From a virus, in UHGV virus genome UHGV-1767510: DNA of 18,381 nucleotides; one strand, given 5' to 3'. The notes beneath the pieces were generated by a model. It saw only the letters and a list, made by a program, of their open reading frames with translations, did not search any database and was not told the DNA's origin. Below, piece by piece: positions 7,958-16,734 of this stretch (the stretch's first letter is position 1; each line of letters begins with the position of its first letter). Made by a program: the position numbers and the translations under genes.

Positions 7958-8158
7958 ATGGAACAACGCATAACCCTGAAAGATTATGCAATACGCTTTG
8001 GGCAAACCAAGACGGCTAAAGATCTCGGCGTATATCAAAGCGCGATTAACAAGGCCATTCATGCAGGCCGAAAGATTTTTTTAACTATAAACGCTGATGG
8101 AAGCGTTTATGCGGAAGAAATAAAGCCCTTCCCAAGTAACAAAAAAACAACTGCATAA
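7958..8158 (+). CDS. cro: Cro repressor
   Basis: 66-aa protein [66 protein letters not shown], essentially lambda Cro; SD AAGGAGG upstream. Confidence 0.9.
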   Translation: MEQRITLKDYAIRFGQTKTAKDLGVYQSAINKAIHAGRKIFLTINADGSVYAEEIKPFPSNKKTTA

Positions 8159-8165
8159 GTAACAC

Positions 8166-8211
8166 CGCTCTTTTCACAATGGACATTCGTCCTACGTCGC
8201 TGACAAAGCGA
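8166..8211 (+). promoter_or_regulatory. nutR (boxA-like CGCTCTTTT plus boxB hairpin tcgc-tgacaaa-gcga)
   Basis: boxA-like sequence at 8166-8174 and a boxB stem-loop at 8197-8211 with the same loop (TGACAAA) as the nutL element. Confidence 0.5.
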
Positions 8212-8295
8212 GCCCCAAGATATCTGACCAACTAAGGCCATATGCGTTTCCACGCATACCTTTCAACTAACTATTCACTATTGGAAAATTAACAA

Positions 8296-8592
8296 ATGAC
8301 ACAAGCAAGTTACAGCAAGCCAACACAGCGAGAAATTGATCGCGCAGAAACAGATTTACTCATCAACCTGTCAACGCTTACCCAGCGCGGTCTGGCAAAG
8401 ATGATTGGCTGTCATGAATCGAAGATAAGCAGAACGGACTGGAGATTTATTGCTTCGGTCTTGTGTGCTTTTGGAATGGCATCAGACATCAGTCCGATTA
8501 GCAGGGCTTTTAAGTATGCGCTTGATGAAATCACAAAGAAAAAATCCCCGGCTGCCACCGAGGATTTTAAGCAAATTGATATGCAATTCTGA
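8296..8592 (+). CDS. cII: CII-like transcriptional activator
   Basis: 98 aa in the cII position after cro/nutR. C-terminal ...[18 protein letters not shown] parallels lambda CII ...KKRPAATERSEQIQMEF; the N-terminal part is divergent. Confidence 0.7.
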   Translation: MTQASYSKPTQREIDRAETDLLINLSTLTQRGLAKMIGCHESKISRTDWRFIASVLCAFGMASDISPISRAFKYALDEITKKKSPAATEDFKQIDMQF

Positions 8593-8624
8593 GGGAATTA
8601 CTGGATCAATCCACAGGAGTAATT

Positions 8625-8771
8625 ATGACAAAACAACTCAGTCCTTACCAGGACAAAATTCACAAACACATACTACGTGATCGCTTCCTGTCCAGCTTCA
8701 AGCAGCCTGGTCGATTCCGGGCTGAGTTGGAAAAAGTGAAGCTGATGCAGAAGGAGAAAGGTCATGAGTAA
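8625..8771 (+). CDS. Small hypothetical protein (48 aa) between cII and O
   Basis: ATG at 8625 preceded by AGGAGT; [48 protein letters not shown]; overlaps the O start by 8 nt. Too short for the ORF track. Confidence 0.35.
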   Translation: MTKQLSPYQDKIHKHILRDRFLSSFKQPGRFRAELEKVKLMQKEKGHE

Positions 8772-9624
8772 TCTTGCAACCGTAACACATTTAAGGCCTT
8801 CACAACGGCCTGTGGAGCGTCGTGTGGCAGAAGTTGAAGATGGTTATACCCGTCTTGCAAATGCCCTGTATGAAGAGCTTATCGGCGCAGATTTAACAAA
8901 AAATCAGAGTAAGGTTGCCCACGCCATATGCCGTAAAACATACGGATACGGTAAAAAGATGGATCGCATCTCTGATAGTCAGTTAGCTCAAATTACCAGG
9001 CTGCCAAGACAGAAGGTAAACAAGGCCAAGAATGAGCTTATCGCGATGAAGGTAATCCTTCGCGAAGGCCAGCAAATCGGGCCTAACAAGAACATCGAGG
9101 AATGGCAAATCGAAGGGTGTCACTACTCTGGTGATAATGTCACTGCATTGGTGACAAAAAGTGTCACCAAAACGGTGACAGCGCTGTCACCAAAACAGGG
9201 ACACACAAAAGAAACTATTACAAAAGAAAAAAGAAATAATAAAAACACTATGTCCGAAAGTGTTCGGACGGAGTGTGAAAAATCATCTGACCGTCACGAA
9301 GAAACCGACAAGGCATTCGAGGAAATATTCTGGTGTGCAGGCATGCGGAAAGCCGGGAAGAAAAACGCAGCTTCGGCATTCAGAACACAGTTCAGGGAAT
9401 GGCGTAAAACTACCAGGGGTACGGCAAGCGAGTTTGCCACGATGCTGGCAGAAGACATCGCATGCAGGAATGGTAAGCAGTTCGGATTCGACAGGTTGTT
9501 ACCATCGAGCTACCTGAACGGTCAACGCTGGAACGACGAAAAGCCAGAAACCATTCAACCACAATCCAAACCATCATCCGCAATCACCGTATCGAAAACT
9601 GGCTACGTGTTTTTCGACAGGTGA
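8764..9624 (+). CDS. O: Replication initiator protein O (lambda O family)
   Basis: 286 aa. N-terminal region resembles lambda O (...[56 protein letters not shown]...). Iteron-type origin lies inside the gene, as in lambda. Confidence 0.85.
   Translation: MSNLATVTHLRPSQRPVERRVAEVEDGYTRLANALYEELIGADLTKNQSKVAHAICRKTYGYGKKMDRISDSQLAQITRLPRQKVNKAKNELIAMKVILREGQQIGPNKNIEEWQIEGCHYSGDNVTALVTKSVTKTVTALSPKQGHTKETITKEKRNNKNTMSESVRTECEKSSDRHEETDKAFEEIFWCAGMRKAGKKNAASAFRTQFREWRKTTRGTASEFATMLAEDIACRNGKQFGFDRLLPSSYLNGQRWNDEKPETIQPQSKPSSAITVSKTGYVFFDR
9131..9250. repeat. Replication origin (ori-lambda-like): iterons followed by an AT-rich segment
   Basis: Three to four repeated inverted-repeat units of the form tgtcacc-aaaac-ggtgaca (about 9148-9204) inside the O gene, then an A-rich tract (9205-9250). 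Analogous to the four 19-bp O-binding iterons of lambda. Confidence 0.6.
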
Positions 9625-9627
9625 ACC

Positions 9628-9735
9628 ATGAAATCAAAAATCAAATCGCTACTGGTCGCTGGTTATAACCACGGCTGGTTAAGTATTTCGTTTGTCGATT
9701 TCTGGTTTAAAAATCTCAATCTGAGGGAATCATGA
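9628..9735 (+). CDS. Small hypothetical ORF (35 aa) coupled to the primase-helicase gene
   Basis: ATG at 9628 with AGGTGA upstream; ends in an ATGA overlap with the start of the 968-aa gene. MKSKIKSLLVAGYNHGWLSISFVDFWFKNLNLRES. Could equally be non-coding leader. Confidence 0.2.
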   Translation: MKSKIKSLLVAGYNHGWLSISFVDFWFKNLNLRES

Positions 9736-12638
9736 CGCCAAGTGAACTTAGCGACCTGCTTTGGGCGCAGGTTGACAGGGTGGCTCCGCACCTGTTGCCA
9801 AACGGCAAGAAAGAGGGGCATGAGTGGGTTGCCGGTAACATCAACGGTGACAAGGGAAACAGCCTTAAGGTCAACCTTAGCGGCAAGAAAAAATGGGCTG
9901 ATTTCGCCGAGGGAGACGGCGGTGACATGCTTGATTTGTGGATGGCATGTCGTGGAATTAACCTGCATCAGGCTATGCAGGAAGCGAAAGCATTTCTCGG
10001 TATCAAGGATGACGATCACCATTTCGATGCCAGACGTGAGAAAAAATTCTCCAGACCTGATCGCAAGAAAATCGCCCGCTACGTTACCAGAACAGAATCC
10101 CATCTTGAGTACCTGCAATCGCGTGGCATATCGCCAGAAATCGTAAAGCGCTACGAGGTTGTCAGCGGCAAGGTGTGGAATGGAGAGCGGGAACTGGATG
10201 CTCTGGTGATTCCGTACAAACGCGATGGTGAGTTGTTGCAGGTCAAGCGAATCAGCACTGAGCGCCCGGACGGGAAGAAAGTCATTATGGCAGAAGGTGA
10301 TTGCGAACCTTGCCTGTTCGGATGGCAGGCTCTGGACGCTGGCGTGAGGGCGGTTGTGCTTTGCGAAGGCGAAATTGATTGTATGAGCTATGCGCAATAC
10401 GGCATCTCGGCGTTATCCGTGCCGTTTGGTGGCGGGAAAGGCGCTAAGCAACAGTGGATTGAGTTTGAGTATCACAACCTCGACAGGTTTGAGGAAATAT
10501 TCATCTCGATGGACGTTGATGATGTTGGTCGTGAAGCCGCAAGGGAAATCGCAAGCCGACTCGGTGAACATCGTTGCCGTCTTGTTACTCTGCCGTACAA
10601 AGACATCAACGAATGCCTGATGAACGGTGTTACCGAGGATGAAATCTGGCAGTACATCGGCACGGCATCCTACTTCGATCCTGAAGAACTCTACAGCGCG
10701 CGAGAGTTTTACCAGGACACTATCAACGCTTTCTACGGCAAGCAGCAGTATCTGTTTAATCCACCGTGGGAATCTCTGGCAGATAAATTCCAGTTCCGTG
10801 AGGCAGAGTTGACGCTGGTCAATGGTGTGAACGGTCACGGAAAAGCCTGTCCACTTGATGAACCAATTCTGCTCGCTAATGGTGAATGGACTACTCACGG
10901 GGATGTAAAAATTGGCGATCAGGTGGCATCAGTAGACGGCAATCCGTCAACTGTCACCGGGATATTCCCGCAGGGTGTTAGAGATGTTTACCGAGTCACA
11001 TTTGAAGATGGTCGTTATGTTGATTGCGCAGGCGATCACCTATGGGAGGTCACTAGTCGTGGATTCACGAAAGGCGAGAAGCGCCGCGTGATAGACACCT
11101 TCGAGCTGAAACGGTTGAGTGAAACGAAGAGGCACAAAAATGGCGTCAGGATACCCGAAATAACTGGTGACTTTGGCGACCACTCAGAGCCATTAGCATG
11201 GGTTATCGGCTCCCTTCTCGGGGATGGTAGTCTTAGCAATGGGAGCGTGAAGTTTTCAAACGTCGAGCCATACATGATCGAGCGTATGAAGGCTGAACTG
11301 CCTGATTACAACTTTTCTGGAGATGGTAAGGACTGGCTGATATCAACGGCGCGTGGTCAGGTAAATCCACTCATGGAGACCCTGCGAGTTTATGGACTAA
11401 TGGGGTGCACAGCAAAAAACAAATTCATCCCTCGTGTGTTTTTTTCCGCAAACAAATCAACGCGTATAGGAATGCTGTGTGGTCTGCTTGAAACGGATGG
11501 TTATGTCGAGAAGGATGGAACGCTTGTTTTTTCCTCAGCAAGTGAAGAACTGCGTAATGGGGTTGTTCAACTGGTTAACTCACTCGGCGGTTCATGCCGG
11601 ACGCGAGTTAAAACTGGCGTGACATACACATACAAGGGCGATAAGCGGCATGGGATGGATTCATATGAGGCAAGGATACGACTGACAAGGGAAATCAGGG
11701 AGGCCATCCGTTCACCACGACTCAATGGCAGATTAACTGCGCATCGATTCGAGGGGTGTGGGGTATTCGTCAGGAATGTTGAAAAAATCGGCAATGCAGA
11801 ATGCTTGTGTATCATGGTCGATCACCCTCGCCACCTGTATGTAACCAGAGGATATGTGGCAACGCATAACACCGAGGTTGTCGGGCATATGGCGCTTGAG
11901 GCAATGCGTCAGGGTGTGAAGACGTGCATCGCGTCACTTGAGCTGAAGCCTGGTATTCTCCTTAAGCGCCTTACCCGTCAGGCGACGTGCTGCAAGATGC
12001 CGCCAGTGCTGGAAATTGACTCTGCATTTAAATTTTATGACGAAAGACTTTGGGTGTTTGGCCTGACCGGAACGGCGAAAGCCGACAGGCTGATCGAAAT
12101 ATTCGACTACGCTCGCCGCCGATACGGGATCCAGTTATTCATCATCGACAGCCTGATGAAATGTGGCATAGGCGACGATGACTATAACGGGCAGAAGGCG
12201 TTTGTTGACTCGATTTGCGACTTCAAAAACAAAACAAACTCCCACGTCATTCTCGTTACTCACTCGCGAAAAGGAGACAGCGAAGAAAAACCAACCGGGA
12301 AAATGGACGTAAAAGGCTCTGGAGCGATAACAGACCTGACAGACAACCTTTTCATCATCTGGCGTAACAAGGCTCGCGAGAGAGCGTTACAGAGAGTTCA
12401 GAGTGGTGAAAAGATGTCAGAGAAGGACGAACAGCTACTGGCATCTCCGGCATCTGTTTTGATGCTTGAAAAACAACGTAACGGCGAAGGTTGGGAAGGT
12501 GGTGTCCCGTTGTTCCTTGACGAGCAATCGCACCAGTTCCTGCAACTTGAATCAGGATCGCCATATAGCTACATCGCCAATATGCCGAAATCGGAATATG
12601 ACGAGGCGTGGCGACAGGAAAACGTGACGGAGTATTAA
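9732..12638 (+). CDS. Bifunctional primase-helicase (Toprim primase domain + DnaB/gp4-like helicase domain) interrupted by an intein
   Basis: 968 aa. N-terminal Toprim-like motif (VVLCEGEIDCMSY). Walker A GVNGHGK[A]-T split by the insert; Walker B-like LFIIDSL and VILVTHSRKG downstream. Occupies the slot of lambda P (helicase loader), following O. Confidence 0.85.
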   Translation: MTPSELSDLLWAQVDRVAPHLLPNGKKEGHEWVAGNINGDKGNSLKVNLSGKKKWADFAEGDGGDMLDLWMACRGINLHQAMQEAKAFLGIKDDDHHFDARREKKFSRPDRKKIARYVTRTESHLEYLQSRGISPEIVKRYEVVSGKVWNGERELDALVIPYKRDGELLQVKRISTERPDGKKVIMAEGDCEPCLFGWQALDAGVRAVVLCEGEIDCMSYAQYGISALSVPFGGGKGAKQQWIEFEYHNLDRFEEIFISMDVDDVGREAAREIASRLGEHRCRLVTLPYKDINECLMNGVTEDEIWQYIGTASYFDPEELYSAREFYQDTINAFYGKQQYLFNPPWESLADKFQFREAELTLVNGVNGHGKACPLDEPILLANGEWTTHGDVKIGDQVASVDGNPSTVTGIFPQGVRDVYRVTFEDGRYVDCAGDHLWEVTSRGFTKGEKRRVIDTFELKRLSETKRHKNGVRIPEITGDFGDHSEPLAWVIGSLLGDGSLSNGSVKFSNVEPYMIERMKAELPDYNFSGDGKDWLISTARGQVNPLMETLRVYGLMGCTAKNKFIPRVFFSANKSTRIGMLCGLLETDGYVEKDGTLVFSSASEELRNGVVQLVNSLGGSCRTRVKTGVTYTYKGDKRHGMDSYEARIRLTREIREAIRSPRLNGRLTAHRFEGCGVFVRNVEKIGNAECLCIMVDHPRHLYVTRGYVATHNTEVVGHMALEAMRQGVKTCIASLELKPGILLKRLTRQATCCKMPPVLEIDSAFKFYDERLWVFGLTGTAKADRLIEIFDYARRRYGIQLFIIDSLMKCGIGDDDYNGQKAFVDSICDFKNKTNSHVILVTHSRKGDSEEKPTGKMDVKGSGAITDLTDNLFIIWRNKARERALQRVQSGEKMSEKDEQLLASPASVLMLEKQRNGEGWEGGVPLFLDEQSHQFLQLESGSPYSYIANMPKSEYDEAWRQENVTEY
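10848..11870 (+). mobile_element. Intein with LAGLIDADG homing-endonuclease domain, inserted in the helicase P-loop
   Basis: In-frame 341-aa insert starting CPLDEPILLANGEW... and ending ...YVATHN followed by Thr (+1 nucleophile). Two LAGLIDADG-like motifs (VIGSLLGDGSL; LCGLLETDGYV). Removing it restores a P-loop. The N-terminal boundary could be one residue earlier (Ala, 10845), which would give a perfect GVNGHGKT Walker A. Confidence 0.7.
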
Positions 12639-12720
12639 ATGACAATCTACATCACTGAGCTAATAGCAGGGTTATCGTTACTAATGGTTCTTACTGTATA
12701 TATTATTAAGTATATTCTTT

Positions 12721-13332
12721 ATGCGAATAAAAAAACCAATTGATCACGATGAGCTTCTGTCAACATTATCATATGACTCAGAAACAGGAATATTTAAATG
12801 GCTAAAAACAAATTCAGTAGTAAGAGTAAAAGGTAGTATTGCTGGAGGTGTTAGTGGTGGTTATATATGCATTAGCATAAATAATGTTTTGTATTATGCG
12901 CATAGGCTTGCTTGGTTCTATGTATACAAAAAATGGCCTCCTAAGTTTATTGATCATGTAAATGGGAACAGACTTGACAATAGGATTTCAAATCTAAGAC
13001 TGGCAACAGAGGAGCAGAATGCAAGAAACATTGTAGGTAATAGGTTAAACACATCCGGTGCGATTGGAGTGTCTTGGGATAAGACAACTGGCAGGTGGAA
13101 GTCTTATGTTGGTTATAAAAATAAGACAATATCGTTAGGGTATTTCGATAGCAAAGAAGATGCAGCATTCATAGCAGCACTAGCAAGAAAGAAACTATAT
13201 GGAACTTATGCGAGTAAAGCACTTAATTGCGAGCATGAGCTTTTATCTCAATTTAATAATGATGAGGATAAACTTGCGGAATATCTTAAGGAAAAATCTA
13301 AAAGGACTCGAAAGCGTGTTAAAAAAAGATAA
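12721..13332 (+). CDS. Free-standing HNH homing endonuclease with AP2-like DNA-binding domain
   Basis: HNH motif ...YYAHRLAWFYVYKKWPPKFIDHVNGNRLDNRISNLRLATEEQNARN, plus AP2-like GVSWDKTTGRWKSYVGYKNKTISLGYFDSKEDAA. The gene and its flanks are visibly AT-rich compared with neighbours (not computed). Confidence 0.8.
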   Translation: MRIKKPIDHDELLSTLSYDSETGIFKWLKTNSVVRVKGSIAGGVSGGYICISINNVLYYAHRLAWFYVYKKWPPKFIDHVNGNRLDNRISNLRLATEEQNARNIVGNRLNTSGAIGVSWDKTTGRWKSYVGYKNKTISLGYFDSKEDAAFIAALARKKLYGTYASKALNCEHELLSQFNNDEDKLAEYLKEKSKRTRKRVKKR

Positions 13333-13364
13333 AGGCCTGCTGGTAATCGCAGGCCTTTTTATTT
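13333..13364 (+). terminator. Intrinsic terminator after the HNH gene
   Basis: Hairpin aggcctgc-tggtaatc-gcaggcct followed by TTTTTATTT. Confidence 0.6.
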
Positions 13365-13379
13365 GGGGGAGGGTAAATT

Positions 13380-13586
13380 GTGGCTGAGTTAATTTTCTCT
13401 GCATTGAGGATTCTCGGTGCTATGTGGATGGTGGCGACGTTCATTGTTGTTGCCAGCAGTTTTGTCCGGTTGGTAGGCGAAGGTAAAGACCTGGTGGGTG
13501 TGCTTTTCGGTAGCATTTTCCTGTGGGTGATTATCGGTGTTATGCCTGTCGCTGTAGCAAAAATGGCGTGGCGTTTTGTGAGTTGA
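13380..13586 (+). CDS. Small hydrophobic membrane protein (68 aa, GTG start)
   Basis: Two predicted TM helices (ILGAMWMVATFIVVASSFV; VLFGSIFLWVIIGVMPVAVA). GGGGAGG RBS 7-14 nt upstream of the GTG. Confidence 0.4.
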   Translation: MAELIFSALRILGAMWMVATFIVVASSFVRLVGEGKDLVGVLFGSIFLWVIIGVMPVAVAKMAWRFVS

Positions 13587-13603
13587 ACTGAGGGTAAGTA
13601 TCG

Positions 13604-13882
13604 ATGGACGAATCAAGAAAGCAGTTTGAAGAATGGTGGTCAAAAGACAAAAGCCAGTTTACAGAAGACGATGAATTAAAAGAGTTTGCCTGGGTGATAT
13701 GGCAGGCATCACGAGCAGCTATTGAACTGGATATCGACTGGCCCGAATCGAATGACGACTTTTGGAAAGATGGTGAAGAAGGTGCTTATGCGATGGGTTA
13801 TGAGGATGGGCGTGACAAAACGGTAATTGCAGTAATGAAAGCCATCAGGGCCGCAGGAATCAAAGAAAAGAATTTCGATTAA
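13604..13882 (+). CDS. Hypothetical acidic protein (92 aa)
   Basis: ORF with plausible start context; acidic, Trp-rich; no family recognised. Confidence 0.45.
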   Translation: MDESRKQFEEWWSKDKSQFTEDDELKEFAWVIWQASRAAIELDIDWPESNDDFWKDGEEGAYAMGYEDGRDKTVIAVMKAIRAAGIKEKNFD

Positions 13883-14014
13883 GCAAATATCACTTCAATA
13901 AATCGCTTTTAAGGTATCACAATCGCTCTGTAGTGAGGTAAAAGCGTGCAAGGTACGCCAATAAGCAGCGAGAATGAAAAATGCGTCAGAATGCGTTTGA
14001 GGAGGTTTTAAGAA

Positions 14015-14242
14015 ATGAGTACGATAGCTGAGCTTGTCCGCGCCGACTTTCAGGAGAACATTGGCCGTGCAAAGCGGTACTGGTCTGCTTCCAGACTTCC
14101 TACTGACGAGAGACAGAAAAGCGCCCCTAAGCCACGGAGCTATCCGCGTGACCGTGTTCTTCGTCGGTTGGTTAAAATCGATAATGATTTTCAGTGTGAC
14201 AGAATTATCCAGCAATTAGATTTGATGACTGATGATGAATGA
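14015..14242 (+). CDS. Hypothetical protein (75 aa)
   Basis: ATG preceded by GAGGAGG; ends overlapping the ninB start. Confidence 0.45.
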   Translation: MSTIAELVRADFQENIGRAKRYWSASRLPTDERQKSAPKPRSYPRDRVLRRLVKIDNDFQCDRIIQQLDLMTDDE

Positions 14243-14657
14243 TTTCATTCTGCACGAAACCAATAAATCACAATTCTGGTTAGTTCTGAAACAAATCCTT
14301 TCTACCGGCAAGCGCTGGCGAATCAAAATATCTGAGTACCGTGAGAAGCGTACATTGTCACAAAACAATCTGATGTGGGTGTGGAATGCAGAAATAGCCG
14401 CGCAATTATCCGCTGTTTCTGGTGAAAGTTTTACACCGGAAGAGGTTCATGAGTGGCTGAAAGATATATATTGTCCGGCAAAAAGGGTGACGATTTTTAA
14501 TATTACACGATGCGTTAAATCAACACGGCAGCTTGATATTGGAGATATGCACAAGTATCTGACCGATATTGACCAGTGGGCGCATCAGAAGGGATTACGA
14601 CTAACTATTCCTGATAATTGCGAGTACCGGGATCTAAAGGAGAGGCAAGTAGAGTGA
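14232..14657 (+). CDS. ninB: NinB-family recombination protein (Orf-like)
   Basis: 141 aa. Motif TLSQNNLMWVWNAEIA parallels lambda NinB SLDQNRKLWACLGDVS. First gene of a nin-like block. Confidence 0.65.
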   Translation: MMNDFILHETNKSQFWLVLKQILSTGKRWRIKISEYREKRTLSQNNLMWVWNAEIAAQLSAVSGESFTPEEVHEWLKDIYCPAKRVTIFNITRCVKSTRQLDIGDMHKYLTDIDQWAHQKGLRLTIPDNCEYRDLKERQVE

Positions 14658-15181
14658 CAATTAAATCAAATACGCCAGCACACGACAAGGACTGCTGGCA
14701 AACGCCGCTTTGGCTTTTTGATGCACTGGATATTGAGTTTGGATTCTGGCTGGATTCGGCAGCGAGCGACAAAAATGCTCTGTGTGCTCACTGGCTAACT
14801 GAGGCCGACGACGCGCTCAATTCTGAGTGGATAAGCCACGGTGCAATCTGGAATAACCCACCGTACAGCAATATCAGGCCGTGGGTGGAAAAAGCCGCTG
14901 AGCAGTGCATACAACAGCGACAGACGGTAGTTATGCTTGTGCCAGAGGATATGTCAGTCGGATGGTTCAGCAAGGCTCTGGAGAGTGTCGACGAAGTTCG
15001 CATTATCACTGATGGACGGATTAATTTTATCGAACCATCGACAGGGCTGGAGAAGAAGGGAAACAGCAAAGGCTCCATGCTGCTGATTTGGCGACCGTTC
15101 ATCAGTCCTCGACGGATGTTTACTACCGTATCCAAAGCGGCATTGATGGCAATCGGGCAGGGCGTCAGGAGGGCGGCATGA
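14654..15181 (+). CDS. Phage DNA N6-adenine methyltransferase (Dam family, orphan)
   Basis: NPPY catalytic motif ([10 protein letters not shown]). Likely GTG start at 14654 overlapping the ninB stop (GTGA); the track ORF starts at 14618 in the same frame. No adjacent restriction-enzyme gene. Confidence 0.7.
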   Translation: MTIKSNTPAHDKDCWQTPLWLFDALDIEFGFWLDSAASDKNALCAHWLTEADDALNSEWISHGAIWNNPPYSNIRPWVEKAAEQCIQQRQTVVMLVPEDMSVGWFSKALESVDEVRIITDGRINFIEPSTGLEKKGNSKGSMLLIWRPFISPRRMFTTVSKAALMAIGQGVRRAA

Positions 15182-15354
15182 GGCGACAGCGACGAAGTTT
15201 CACCGACATCATCTGCGAAAACTGCAAATACCTTCCAACGAAACGCTCCAGAAATAAACGCAAGCCAATCCCAAAAGAATCTGACGTAAAAACCTTCAAC
15301 TACACGGCTCACCTGTGGGATATCCGGTGGCTAAGACATCGTGCGAGGAAATGA
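15178..15354 (+). CDS. ninE: NinE
   Basis: [58 protein letters not shown] closely matches lambda NinE as I recall it. ATGA overlap with the methyltransferase stop. Confidence 0.7.
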   Translation: MRRQRRSFTDIICENCKYLPTKRSRNKRKPIPKESDVKTFNYTAHLWDIRWLRHRARK

Positions 15355-15758
15355 CAATGCTTTTAATTCAACCTGGATTTGGCCTTAGCATCAAAAAAGG
15401 GCACATGTTTGGCGAGAAAGAGTCTCAACGAAAAATGGTGTCTATCCAGTTGCCATTTATCAGTATTTATTGGCTAAACAGGGAGGCAACAAATTATTGG
15501 TATACATGCGCCAGAGCAGCATTTAACGACCCTGACTGGTTTGTGGAAAACCACCACGCAGTTCGTCAGGCAAAGAGAAAGGCCAACATGACATACATGA
15601 AGGCGTATCAAAAAGCATGGAAAGAACACCGCGATCGATACCAGCAAGACATGGAAAAGCTTGAATCAGAAAACATGGAATTAAGACGAAAGCTTGGTGA
15701 AGCAAAACGAGACATTGATGCTTACAAGCGACTTTTTAATGGTGAAAGCCATGCTTAG
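15351..15758 (+). CDS. Hypothetical nin-region protein (about 135 aa)
   Basis: Start chosen at ATG 15351 (GAGGAA RBS; ATGA overlap with the ninE stop); the track ORF begins at 15315 in the same frame. C-terminal coiled-coil-like stretch; no family recognised. Confidence 0.45.
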   Translation: MTMLLIQPGFGLSIKKGHMFGEKESQRKMVSIQLPFISIYWLNREATNYWYTCARAAFNDPDWFVENHHAVRQAKRKANMTYMKAYQKAWKEHRDRYQQDMEKLESENMELRRKLGEAKRDIDAYKRLFNGESHA

Positions 15759-15927
15759 CCCATCCCAATCCCTTCAATACCAGAAAGAAAGCGTCGAGCG
15801 AGCTTTAACGTGCGCTAACTGCGGTCAGAAGCTGCATGTGCTGGAAGTTCACGTGTGTGAGCTCTGCTGTGCAGAACTGATGAGCGATCCGAATAGCTCA
15901 ATGTACGAGGAAGAAGACGATGGCTAA
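15751..15927 (+). CDS. ninF: NinF
   Basis: [58 protein letters not shown] is near-identical to lambda NinF; internal start of the 77-aa track ORF. Confidence 0.7.
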   Translation: MLSPSQSLQYQKESVERALTCANCGQKLHVLEVHVCELCCAELMSDPNSSMYEEEDDG

Positions 15928-16531
15928 ACCAGCGCGAAGACGATGTAAAAACGATGAATGTCGGGAATGGTTTCACCCTGCATTCGCCAATCAGTGGTGG
16001 TGCTCTCCAGAGTGTGGAACCAAGATAGCACTCGAACGACGAAGCAAAGAACGCGAAAAAGCGGAAAAGGAAGTAGAGAAGAAACGACGACGAGAGGAGC
16101 AGAAACAGAAAGATAAACTTAAGATTCGAAAACTCGCCTTAAAGCCCCGCAGTTACTGGATTAAACAAGCCCAACAAGCCGTAAACGCCTTCATCAGAGA
16201 AAGAGACCGCGACTTACCATGTATCTCGTGCGGAACGCTCACGTCTGCTCAGTGGGATGCCGGGCATTACCGGACAACTGCTGCGGCACCTCAACTCCGA
16301 TTTGATGAACGCAATATTCACAAGCAATGCGTGGTGTGCAACCAGCATAAAAGCGGAAATCTCGTTCCGTATCGCGTCGAACTGATTAACCGGATCGGGC
16401 AGGAAGCAGTAGACGAAATCGAATCAAACCATAACCGCCATCGCTGGACTGTCGAAGAGTGCAAGGCGATCAAGGCAGAGTACCAACAGAAACTCAAAGA
16501 CCTGCGAAATAGCAGAAGTGAGGCCGCATGA
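15920..16531 (+). CDS. ninG: NinG (Rap) recombination protein
   Basis: 203 aa with Cys-rich N-terminus and conserved NinG-like layout; size and position match lambda NinG. Confidence 0.8.
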   Translation: MAKPARRRCKNDECREWFHPAFANQWWCSPECGTKIALERRSKEREKAEKEVEKKRRREEQKQKDKLKIRKLALKPRSYWIKQAQQAVNAFIRERDRDLPCISCGTLTSAQWDAGHYRTTAAAPQLRFDERNIHKQCVVCNQHKSGNLVPYRVELINRIGQEAVDEIESNHNRHRWTVEECKAIKAEYQQKLKDLRNSRSEAA

Positions 16532-16734
16532 CGTTCTCAGTAAAAACCATTCCAGACATGCTCGTTGAAGCATACGGAAACCAGACAGAAGTAGCACGCA
16601 GACTGAAATGTAGTCGCGTTACGGTCAGAAAATACGTTGATGATAAAGACGGGAAAATGCACGCCATCGTCAACGACGTTCTCATGGTTCATCGCGGATG
16701 GAGTGAAAGAGATGCGCTATTACGAAAGAATTGA
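16528..16734 (+). CDS. ninH: NinH
   Basis: [68 protein letters not shown] is near-identical to lambda NinH. Confidence 0.8.
   Translation: MTFSVKTIPDMLVEAYGNQTEVARRLKCSRVTVRKYVDDKDGKMHAIVNDVLMVHRGWSERDALLRKN

Noticed and set aside
8450-8680. 76-aa + strand ORF overlapping the 3' half of cII
   Set aside because: Out of frame with the cII homologue, which has the recognisable conserved C-terminus; a separate 48-aa ORF (8625-8771) with a proper RBS better explains the cII-O interval.
9131-9250. Possible CRISPR-like or other tandem repeat array
   Set aside because: The repeats are short, imperfect inverted-repeat iterons inside the O gene followed by an A-rich tract, which is the classic lambdoid origin architecture, not CRISPR. 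No CRISPR array was seen anywhere in the window.
9663-10397. 244-aa ORF on the - strand (plus 9716-9928 and 9742-10146 ORFs) overlapping the 5' part of the primase-helicase gene
   Set aside because: Entirely antisense or out of frame to a long gene with clear Toprim and helicase motifs; no RBS or recognisable domain. Most likely a shadow ORF.
14618-14653. Longer start ([13 protein letters not shown]...) for the methyltransferase
   Set aside because: That ATG lies inside ninB without an RBS; the GTG at 14654 has GGAGAGG upstream and forms a GTGA stop-start overlap with ninB. Either start is possible but the shorter is more plausible.
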